From a virus, in the IMG/VR virus record IMGVR_UViG_3300028829_002503: a DNA stretch of 37,355 nucleotides; one strand, 5' to 3'. This document shows positions 19,198 through 26,722 of this stretch, in pieces. The notes under the pieces were generated by a model, which worked only from the letters and a program-made list of their open reading frames with translations, had not been told where the DNA came from and searched no databases. The first letter of the stretch is position 1; each line of letters begins with the position of its first letter. A program made the position numbers and the translations under genes.

Positions 19198-21005
19198 CTA
19201 TGATATTTGTCCTGGTACTCTTCTGCCGCTTCATCCCAAAACTCCTTCATCTCAGGAAATGTTTCTAAGAAGTTTAATCCACGTCTTTTATCATATTGAG
19301 TGAAGTATTGGTAAAATCGAATCAGTCTATCACTTAATTCGTCTTCATACATTGCTTCGCCCTCTTTAGCCCATGCTAAATCCCTCTCAAGTTTTAATAC
19401 TTCGTAGTTTTTAAATCCTTTATAAGTTTTTCCATAAACTTCATCAGAACAAACATTCGCTTTCATATAATCGATGTTGTCTTCTATAACTGTTAACAAC
19501 TCTTGGTCGCACAATTGAATATTAAACCAATTAGGGTCTCTTAAATATGGCAAATCAAACCAAATCTTCTGAGCCAAGACTTTATGTTTGTTATCTATTT
19601 GATATTGATACCCGTATTTTTCTCTTAGTTCTAACATATAATTTAAAAATCCACGCAAAGAAGGAACACTCAATAAGTTAAATGTGTTAATAAATGTCAC
19701 ACTAACTCTAGTGGTCTCTGTAAGAAGTCGGTCAACATTACGTTTCAATTTCTCAAAATCTAAGCCGTCACGCATGTACTCTGCTTGTGGTCCTATGCCA
19801 TCTACGCTAATAAAAACACTAATATGTTTACATGCAACGTTGTCAAATATATGATTCCACTTGCCCCATTCGTTGTTTCTTTTATAGTGATTCATGTATA
19901 AGAAACTATTGTCATCTGGTTCTATGCATGGACCTAATCCAGTGAACTCCTGTTTGATATCTTCAGCCGATATAGTATCTACATTAGGTTGAATTTCGTG
20001 TGGAATAATACCATGTAATGTTTCTTCTAAAATATACTGTGTCCAAGTTTTCCAATGACTTCCATCTTTTGGGTCTTTTACATAGAATATAATATTTCTA
20101 AGTCCGTCATCATTTGATTTTGGCTTTTCAAACAACGTGTCGAAATCTACCTCTACTACAGTTGGGTCATTTTCTGCAATAAGTGGTTCTTCTAATACTT
20201 TTACTTTCTCAATAAACTTATCAAATAATGCATCATCTGGAGGACACATATTCGTAGTCAGTGAAACTTCTAAATCAGGATTTGGATTATCTCTAATATA
20301 ATCTAATACTTTAAAAGTATTTTTATCCATAAGAGGTTCACCACCAGTCATACGAAAAATCTTTAGATTAGAATATATATCCGGAAACCATTTCCAAAAT
20401 GCTTCAATATAAGGATTATCTTTACGTGCAACTTCTAATGGCATTAAGCCAATAGTTTTGAGTTCTTGTACGTTATTATGGCCACCACCGTCATCGAAAT
20501 TAAATGAACCATGTTCTTTGATATCATCTTCCCATGCAGTAGACAAGTGAGGCGAACAATATGCACACTTGAAGTTACATGCTTGATTAAAATTGACTTC
20601 GACATATCTAGGAGCAATGTCATGGTCCCAAGCATTTTCTACTACTTCATTCCAAGCATCTTTAACCCACCACTCACTACTGCGATAATGTCTATCACTT
20701 AGTCTGCCACCTTCTGGTGGATTTGCGGCATCTTCTACATTCCAACAGTACTGACATCCCTTTGGTCTGTCACCATTTAACATTTGTCTACGTTCATGTA
20801 GTTTAAACTGTGTATTATGTAGTGCGTTTGGATTTGCCTTTAACTCATCTAATGGAATAGCATGAGTAGGGGGATGATAGCAACTGTGAGTTCTACCTTG
20901 TGGAAGATGCAAACTGACTTGTAGCCATTTTGCCATACACATTGAAGGCGATATGTCGTTTAACTTGCCTCTTGTAGCAATCGCATCATCATCGTAGTTT
21001 GCCAT
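19194..21005 (-). CDS. N-terminal twitch domain radical SAM protein with a large internal insertion
   Basis: CMAKW...SCYHP...CQYCW, CNFKCAYC, MTGGEP, SVDG; C-terminal YDKRR motif shared with its neighbours. Confidence 0.9.
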   Translation of the reverse strand: MANYDDDAIATRGKLNDISPSMCMAKWLQVSLHLPQGRTHSCYHPPTHAIPLDELKANPNALHNTQFKLHERRQMLNGDRPKGCQYCWNVEDAANPPEGGRLSDRHYRSSEWWVKDAWNEVVENAWDHDIAPRYVEVNFNQACNFKCAYCSPHLSTAWEDDIKEHGSFNFDDGGGHNNVQELKTIGLMPLEVARKDNPYIEAFWKWFPDIYSNLKIFRMTGGEPLMDKNTFKVLDYIRDNPNPDLEVSLTTNMCPPDDALFDKFIEKVKVLEEPLIAENDPTVVEVDFDTLFEKPKSNDDGLRNIIFYVKDPKDGSHWKTWTQYILEETLHGIIPHEIQPNVDTISAEDIKQEFTGLGPCIEPDDNSFLYMNHYKRNNEWGKWNHIFDNVACKHISVFISVDGIGPQAEYMRDGLDFEKLKRNVDRLLTETTRVSVTFINTFNLLSVPSLRGFLNYMLELREKYGYQYQIDNKHKVLAQKIWFDLPYLRDPNWFNIQLCDQELLTVIEDNIDYMKANVCSDEVYGKTYKGFKNYEVLKLERDLAWAKEGEAMYEDELSDRLIRFYQYFTQYDKRRGLNFLETFPEMKEFWDEAAEEYQDKYHR

Positions 21006-21998
21006 TTAGTGTCCGCTCCACCCTGTGGATTTTTCTGTCGCTAATGGATTATCACTTCTTGGTGGATTTGTATAAACCTCTTTAAAGAATGAACTTGTTT
21101 CTGGTGTAGGGTCTGTTATTTGCATTCTGATTCTTTCACTTAGAATATCACCAATTCGTAAAGCCTCATCATATAACTTTTCGTAATCCCATTCTACACC
21201 GGTTCTACTACATTTTTCACTATTATTATCACTTGAACAAGTGGGCAGTACTTCTTCTTCAAAATATGACTTGAACCAATCAAACGATGAGATATTTTCT
21301 AGTTTATAATCTTCCACAAAGTTTACATCATAGCACCCAAGCCTTGCTCCGTAACAAGCCCATAGACCATTTTCAACATCAGCACCAACGTTACACCATG
21401 TTAATAGTCTTTGATAATTTTTATGCCATATTCTCTTTTTAAAGTCTTCGATTGGCACTGTTTTGCCTTCGTCTAACGACATTTTAACACCCTCACGGTA
21501 TCCTGCACGAAATGCCTGAAATGGTGAGCCTGCATTATATACCTCTGAGTATATGTTGTTCATCTGGATATAATTCAAATCCCAACAGAAGTCTACTTTC
21601 TTTGTTTCATCTTCTGCATTCTCGTGTGTTTTCATTTCTAACACCAAGTCTACCGGCCAACATTTAATACCACCATTACCATATACAAGACCATTTATCA
21701 TGTTCTTTGCACTCCAACTAACTATAGAGTTTGCTAGGTCAGTATCTTCTGGAAATGAAATTGCTAAATCAAAAAACTTTTCATCAACAATATTGTCTCC
21801 ATCTATTGTTATAAATCTTTCTGTTTCACTTTGCTTTGCACATTCTTTATGTGCATTGTCAAATCCTTTTACTCCGTCAACTCTCTTAGCAAAAGGAAAC
21901 TTCATCATTAGATTCGCCCAATGTTCTTCCTTTGCTGGTTCATCGTAACTGATGTAAAATACATCTAAGTCACCGATTATTACTTGCTTCGATTTCAT
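21006..21998 (-). CDS. Putative GT-A fold glycosyltransferase-like protein
   Basis: DVFYISYDE first strand, FITIDGDN (DxD after a hydrophobic strand), GNGGIK. Confidence 0.55.
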   Translation of the reverse strand: MKSKQVIIGDLDVFYISYDEPAKEEHWANLMMKFPFAKRVDGVKGFDNAHKECAKQSETERFITIDGDNIVDEKFFDLAISFPEDTDLANSIVSWSAKNMINGLVYGNGGIKCWPVDLVLEMKTHENAEDETKKVDFCWDLNYIQMNNIYSEVYNAGSPFQAFRAGYREGVKMSLDEGKTVPIEDFKKRIWHKNYQRLLTWCNVGADVENGLWACYGARLGCYDVNFVEDYKLENISSFDWFKSYFEEEVLPTCSSDNNSEKCSRTGVEWDYEKLYDEALRIGDILSERIRMQITDPTPETSSFFKEVYTNPPRSDNPLATEKSTGWSGH

Positions 21999-22001
21999 AA
22001 T

Positions 22002-22568
22002 TTACTCCCACGAATATTTGTCAAAATACTTCTGAGTGTATACACTCACATTGTATTTATTATATGATAACTTAATGCTTTTTCCAGAAGACAAAAGTTC
22101 TGAGAATGGCACTAATATTGTCTTTATTAAGAAATCAGGTCTATCTTTGTGGGTCACGAAGAACACATGTTCTGTCTTGCCAGCAATAGTTACTACTTGG
22201 TTTTCATCTATTCCTATCACTTCTTTGAGTTTGTCGTTAGCAGTGAACACTAATGTCTCGTCCTCTAGTGAAAGTAGTATATCTGCATCTTCTGTTTGTT
22301 GTATCTTATGTAGTTGATTATCTTTGTTTCTTCTTTTGATATCAACTTTTGTTTTAATAATTTCGAAAATGAGTGGATTATCAGTTCTACTAACTATGTA
22401 ATCAGAGAACTTATATTTTCCTTCAAGGAATGGCTTAATATCTTCTACTTCAAACCAAGCACATAAGTCCTTTGTGTCTTGTATTTGCCTTGATATTTGT
22501 GTGATAGCACTAAATCCATCAAAGTAAACAGCACGGCATGTATCAGTCTTTTCTAGCACACTTTTCAT
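22002..22568 (-). CDS. Hypothetical protein
   Basis: 188-aa ORF, ATGA-coupled to the upstream gene. No motif recognised. Confidence 0.7.
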   Translation of the reverse strand: MKSVLEKTDTCRAVYFDGFSAITQISRQIQDTKDLCAWFEVEDIKPFLEGKYKFSDYIVSRTDNPLIFEIIKTKVDIKRRNKDNQLHKIQQTEDADILLSLEDETLVFTANDKLKEVIGIDENQVVTIAGKTEHVFFVTHKDRPDFLIKTILVPFSELLSSGKSIKLSYNKYNVSVYTQKYFDKYSWE

Positions 22569-23521
22569 AATACTGCATCCTCAAGTTGTTTAATTTTAGT
22601 ACTGTCCATCCAATTCTTCTCTACATAATGCACAGGCAGTGTTTGAGTAAAGTTACCAATCTTAACTTGTAAATCATCTCCCATCTCACTTGTTATGCTT
22701 TTAGTCCAGATAGAGTTTATTTCGCTTTCTGGTATATTCTGTACCATACTTTTCATATGAACAAAAGTCGGAACATCTTTGATATTATAGTCACATGTTT
22801 CCTCTTCGATGTCTAATAGTTGAATAGCCAATGCATATGCGATATCGGCACTCATCCAGTTCTGTCCCATTCCACTAAGAAACTTATCAAAGTAAGCATT
22901 CCAATGTGTCATAATCAATTCAACCATTTTGAAGAACATAAATGTTTCTTGTGATTTCTTAAAATAAGTAAAATTACTATATATATTTGGTAAGTTTAAT
23001 AGTGTAAACTTCTTTCTATAATAGTCACTCGTTACATCTTCGTTTCTGAAAGTCTTAACATTCGTACAGAACCAAAGATTTTTTGTTGATAGATAATCCC
23101 ACCAGTGGTCAACACTATCAGTGAATATCATATCACTATCTAGGATAATTGTTTCATGGTAAGGTGTCATATGTGAATATTTCCACTTATTATGTATCTT
23201 CCATTTATCACCCTTTGCATCATCATTCCAGGGAATATCAACGATGGCATCAAATACTTCTCTATGTCTGTCTGTAATTAACTTTTTAGTTTCTTCGTCT
23301 ACACATACACAAAGTTTATTAATTTTCTGTGTTGCTTTTAAACTTAGGGCAAGAGCATATGACATTTCTAAATAATCATTGTCTTCACTATTTTGAGCAA
23401 TAGTTATATATCCTTTAGTCGATGTGGGATTTTTAAACCAATCTGGATTCTCTTTTACTTTATCTCTCCAATCACTCCAGTCTGGATTAACTGGTGGAAC
23501 ATAAGTATCTTTTTCAACCAT
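22565..23521 (-). CDS. GT-A fold glycosyltransferase-like protein (GT8-like)
   Basis: KGYITIAQN, ALALSLK, TPYHETIILDSDM (DxD), SADIAYALA, FVHMK. Confidence 0.7.
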   Translation of the reverse strand: MVEKDTYVPPVNPDWSDWRDKVKENPDWFKNPTSTKGYITIAQNSEDNDYLEMSYALALSLKATQKINKLCVCVDEETKKLITDRHREVFDAIVDIPWNDDAKGDKWKIHNKWKYSHMTPYHETIILDSDMIFTDSVDHWWDYLSTKNLWFCTNVKTFRNEDVTSDYYRKKFTLLNLPNIYSNFTYFKKSQETFMFFKMVELIMTHWNAYFDKFLSGMGQNWMSADIAYALAIQLLDIEEETCDYNIKDVPTFVHMKSMVQNIPESEINSIWTKSITSEMGDDLQVKIGNFTQTLPVHYVEKNWMDSTKIKQLEDAVL

Positions 23522-24389
23522 TTACTTTTTCTCCATGTTTCAGAAAGTCATCAATAAGTCTTCCTATTGCTTTCTTATTCATAATATGAATATCTGTTTT
23601 AGTGAACCTTGATAATAGGTGATTACTAATTTGTTCTGCATCAGCACAATACATAATAATATCTTCATGTGAATTTATTCTAAAGATATCATCAAGGTCG
23701 AAACTATTACTAAGATAGTCTATAGGCAAAGATGGAACTTCAAAAGCAACCCCACCATTCAATATATGTAATGCCATAGAAAATGCAAAATCATTTCTAT
23801 ATAAATTGCCACTACAGTTATATAGATAATAATAATACTTATAATTGTATTTTATATGATTTACAAGAGTGAATAGATTTTCTGCATATTCAGATTTTTT
23901 AAAGTAGACTATTGTTGCCCAGAACATAGGAATACTAAAATTATCAATATATTCAATGTTCACTTTGTGTCTGTCTGCAATATCTCTGAACTTAGAGTTA
24001 ATCATTATATCATTTTCACTGCCCCATACTTGGTCGAGAACATCGTTCATAATGAAATAGTCACTATCTATGACTAACGTTTCGTCATATGGAGACAAAT
24101 CATATACATCGCCTCTACCTAAGTTCTTAAAGGATGCATACTCAGTGTTTTTCACGGTGTCTTTAAATAATCTTACATTATCAGGTTGAAAAGTATCGCT
24201 AATAATTACTTTATCAAAGTATTCATTTATCTTTTCAGCATTAGAAACAAGTGTCTCTGTGTTTGTTATTAGGCATATCTCATCAAACAATGACAGATTT
24301 TTTCTGGCAAAGCCAGCACAAGCACATGCCTGTGAAGCATAATCGACATACTCATTATTTTGAGCAAATATTATAATACCTTTACTCAT
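23514..24389 (-). CDS. GT-A fold glycosyltransferase-like protein (paralog of 22565..23521)
   Basis: KGIIIFAQN, SPYDETLVIDSDY (DxD), RNDFAFSMA, HIMNK. Confidence 0.7.
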   Translation of the reverse strand: MSKGIIIFAQNNEYVDYASQACACAGFARKNLSLFDEICLITNTETLVSNAEKINEYFDKVIISDTFQPDNVRLFKDTVKNTEYASFKNLGRGDVYDLSPYDETLVIDSDYFIMNDVLDQVWGSENDIMINSKFRDIADRHKVNIEYIDNFSIPMFWATIVYFKKSEYAENLFTLVNHIKYNYKYYYYLYNCSGNLYRNDFAFSMALHILNGGVAFEVPSLPIDYLSNSFDLDDIFRINSHEDIIMYCADAEQISNHLLSRFTKTDIHIMNKKAIGRLIDDFLKHGEKVNG

Positions 24390-24390
24390 A

Positions 24391-24783
24391 TTAAATTTCT
24401 AAGACTTTTTGAATTTTACGTGAACTTCTTAATTTCTGATATTCGTTATAATAATCATTGACTACTTCAAAATATAAACTTGATATTTCACTTAGAAATT
24501 TTTCTGTATCTTCAATGAAAATAGGAATTTGATTTTTATCAAGTATTGATATTTCTGTTTTGCCGGATGAAACAACAAAATGCATGAAAGAAATAAGTGA
24601 TTGGTCAACCGCAAACGAACCACCACTAGTACTGTGGCTTAGTAAGTTTTGGGTCTTGACTTTTAGATTGTTTTTATTTAAATTGAAGGTTTTCATTGTG
24701 TTAGAGAATTCAAGTGCTTTCTCTAAACGCTCTAAATCTTCTGCTGATGCTTCTGTTTTTACCTCTGGTGTGGTGCTAGCCAT
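24391..24783 (-). CDS. Hypothetical protein, first gene of the glycan/radical SAM run
   Basis: Start re-placed at ATG 24783 (MASTTPEV) because GGAG lies at 24795-24792 and the track's TTG start falls on the promoter -35 box. Confidence 0.75.
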   Translation of the reverse strand: MASTTPEVKTEASAEDLERLEKALEFSNTMKTFNLNKNNLKVKTQNLLSHSTSGGSFAVDQSLISFMHFVVSSGKTEISILDKNQIPIFIEDTEKFLSEISSLYFEVVNDYYNEYQKLRSSRKIQKVLEI

Positions 24784-24808
24784 ATATTTTTCTCCTATAA
24801 TAGTACTT

Positions 24809-24837
24809 ATAATACTATATATAGGGCAAAAAGTCAA
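24809..24837 (-). promoter_or_regulatory. Sigma70-type promoter for the 22-gene run
   Basis: Minus strand TTGACT (24837-24832), 17-nt spacer, TATTAT (24814-24809), followed by SD and ATG. Confidence 0.7.
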
Positions 24838-24874
24838 CCCTAAAGTGAAGAAATATCTGTTAAATTAGTAGAGG

Positions 24875-24922
24875 ACAAAAGAATATCGCCAACCAGATAA
24901 ACTAGTTGGCGATTATTTTTGT
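24875..24922 (-). terminator. Rho-independent terminator, possibly bidirectional
   Basis: Minus strand ATCGCCAACTAG-TTTAT-CTGGTTGGCGAT (12-bp stem with one G-U pair) followed by ATTCTTTTGT. The plus strand also has a T-tract after the stem. Confidence 0.75.
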
Positions 24923-24924
24923 TA

Positions 24925-25050
24925 TTAACACTTTGGTAGCATAAAACATTGAAGTTAAATATATCTCACAATGAGGTTGTTACGCTTTTAGGCTCATGCA
25001 ACAACGAGATTTCTTAACATCATCCCGAGTTGTTTGCTCCCAAGTATTAA
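24925..25050 (-). ncRNA. Candidate structured RNA (bulged rod-like hairpin), unassigned
   Basis: Nested complementary segments: UUAAUACUUGGGAGCA/UGCUACCAAAGUGUUAA, UGAUGUUAAG..AUCUC/GAGAU..UUUAACUUCA, GUUGUUGC/GUAACAAC. The G-U pairs work only on the minus strand. Confidence 0.4.
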
Positions 25051-25055
25051 TTATA

Positions 25056-25973
25056 TTACAAACTATCGGTTACTGTAAAAGTTGGATTAGCAATAACAAC
25101 TGAACCCGAAGCATTTGTTGGTTTTAAAGAAGCAATCGTCACTGTTGATGTTCCAGGTACAGTATCAGCACCAGTCCAAGACCATGCTCCACCATAACCA
25201 GAGCCACTGCCTGAACGGGCAACGTGAGCATCTGCTAATTCTGTTTTAATATAAAGATTAGCACCATCAACATATGATGAAACTTGAATATAGTTTGCAC
25301 TATAATCAGAGTCATCTGCTATCTCTTTCTTATGAGCAACATAAGAAGTTGTGATATCACTGTGCTTGTATCTTGTACGAGCATCAATTGAACTTGAATC
25401 TTCAGGTCTTACTGAGTATGTAAATGTTCCCATTTCAGAAGTAAGTTGTTCCCAAGAAGTACCTTGTTGGTTTGAAGTTGTATCGTTATGTGATGCTGAA
25501 ACTCTAAGTTCAGCGCCTGATGAGAACCAAGCATTCATTGTGTTCACATCTGCCCATGTAATACGAACAACTTGTGTTCTTGTACCGTTCCAGTTTGATA
25601 CTGTTTCTTGTGTTTCATTTTGGACACTTGTGTCCCAGTTCGATGCGGCATATGTCCAAGGATTATCGAAACGAGTGTTAATATCAGACGTGAATGTTGC
25701 GGCAACATTAGCGTAGTGATTCCAATCGATTACTGTGCCGGCATCAACTGCTGTGAATGGATTTGATATGTTATAATAATTACTAATCTTCGCCGCGGCA
25801 CTGTAAAGTGAATCGTGATATGCATCATCGATTGAATCCGAGGTAGAAGGATTTGCTGATACTGTATGAGACTGGTCGTAACCGCCGTGTACACCGGTTC
25901 CATTCAGTATTGTATTCATTGCGTCTCTCAAACTTGATAAGTCTGAGTTTGTTATAAGTGAGCCTGAAGCCAT
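25056..25973 (-). CDS. Putative virion structural protein (Ser/Thr-rich, tail/baseplate region)
   Basis: AGGAG SD at 25985-25981; S/T/N/D-rich, beta-strand-like composition; last gene of the structural block. Confidence 0.6.
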   Translation of the reverse strand: MASGSLITNSDLSSLRDAMNTILNGTGVHGGYDQSHTVSANPSTSDSIDDAYHDSLYSAAAKISNYYNISNPFTAVDAGTVIDWNHYANVAATFTSDINTRFDNPWTYAASNWDTSVQNETQETVSNWNGTRTQVVRITWADVNTMNAWFSSGAELRVSASHNDTTSNQQGTSWEQLTSEMGTFTYSVRPEDSSSIDARTRYKHSDITTSYVAHKKEIADDSDYSANYIQVSSYVDGANLYIKTELADAHVARSGSGSGYGGAWSWTGADTVPGTSTVTIASLKPTNASGSVVIANPTFTVTDSL

Positions 25974-25990
25974 TGTTATACTCCTAAATT

Positions 25991-26638
25991 TTAACTAATT
26001 TGAATTGTAACTGTATAGTCAATTACAATTGTTCTGTTCGCTGACAGTAACACGGGATGGAATGTTACATGCGTCATCATTAATGTTTTTGTTTTGTCTA
26101 ATGCACCACTGTTGGTAACACCAGCCATCAGACCGATTTCATCAAATGTATAATCATCATTTGTCAGACTATCATTCGTTGGTATCGTTCCTCCTACTGC
26201 GGCTTGATAAGCAGTGTGGTCTACGTTCACACTAAACTTTACTTTTGCAGTATTGTTTGGTACTAATTCTCCAGCCCCCATGTCCTCTCCTGGAAAATAC
26301 ACGACATTTGTTGTCAACTGTTCATACGTTGGGATATATAATGATGCATTGCTTGCCGTGATTGCTAATTCATCATATGTAGCGTTTACTCTAGGAGACT
26401 TATATGAAAGTGTCGTTGTAGACGTACTTCCACCATTACCAAATTGCATCCAGTTAATGTGAGGTGCATCTCCTGAACTATTTACACTCGTTGGCTGACC
26501 AGCAAGTGCAGAAGCCATGACATATGCCATATTTCCTGGGTGAATAGCGTTTTTCTTCTGAACAAGTACTTCGCCACTTTCTTTATCATATATTTTAAGT
26601 GTACCAACTACTTGTGATTTTATTTCGTCTTTAAACAT
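25991..26638 (-). CDS. Putative baseplate/tail-fibre attachment protein
   Basis: MQFGNGG, FDEIGL and THVTFHPV...IDYTVTI resemble tail-collar/fibre N-terminal domains; preceded by TATAAATA. Confidence 0.6.
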   Translation of the reverse strand: MFKDEIKSQVVGTLKIYDKESGEVLVQKKNAIHPGNMAYVMASALAGQPTSVNSSGDAPHINWMQFGNGGSTSTTTLSYKSPRVNATYDELAITASNASLYIPTYEQLTTNVVYFPGEDMGAGELVPNNTAKVKFSVNVDHTAYQAAVGGTIPTNDSLTNDDYTFDEIGLMAGVTNSGALDKTKTLMMTHVTFHPVLLSANRTIVIDYTVTIQIS

Positions 26639-26683
26639 GTTATATCCGTCTCTTAGATTATATCTTATATTTATCTACTATTG

Positions 26684-26691
26684 TATTTATA
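26684..26691 (-). promoter_or_regulatory. T4-type late promoter TATAAATA
   Basis: Exact TATAAATA in the only large gap inside the structural block, ~46 nt upstream of ATG 26638. A variant GATAAATA lies at 26675-26668. Confidence 0.6.
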
Positions 26692-26722
26692 CGTTTTCTC
26701 ATATACTTCTATTCTACTTAAA

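Noticed and set aside
19830-20192. Intein in the 603-aa radical SAM
   Set aside because: No N-terminal Cys/Ser block, no His-Asn followed by Cys/Ser/Thr, and no LAGLIDADG motif.
11662-21005. RiPP cluster interpretation of the SPASM/twitch array
   Set aside because: There is no room for a precursor peptide gene and no RRE domain, peptidase or transporter is apparent; the neighbours are sugar enzymes.
24784-24837. Longer TTG start for the 148-aa ORF (likewise track starts at 5265, 5801, 13068, 15705, 37317)
   Set aside because: Downstream ATGs have an SD or stop-start coupling and match where the domains begin; the 37317 frame is simply open to the window edge.
24925-25050. tRNA, tmRNA, pistol/hammerhead ribozyme, or the micro-ORF MMLRNLVVA
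   Set aside because: No cloverleaf or T-loop, no tmRNA tag or acceptor ends, ribozyme cores not matched; the 9-codon ORF has a poorly spaced SD.
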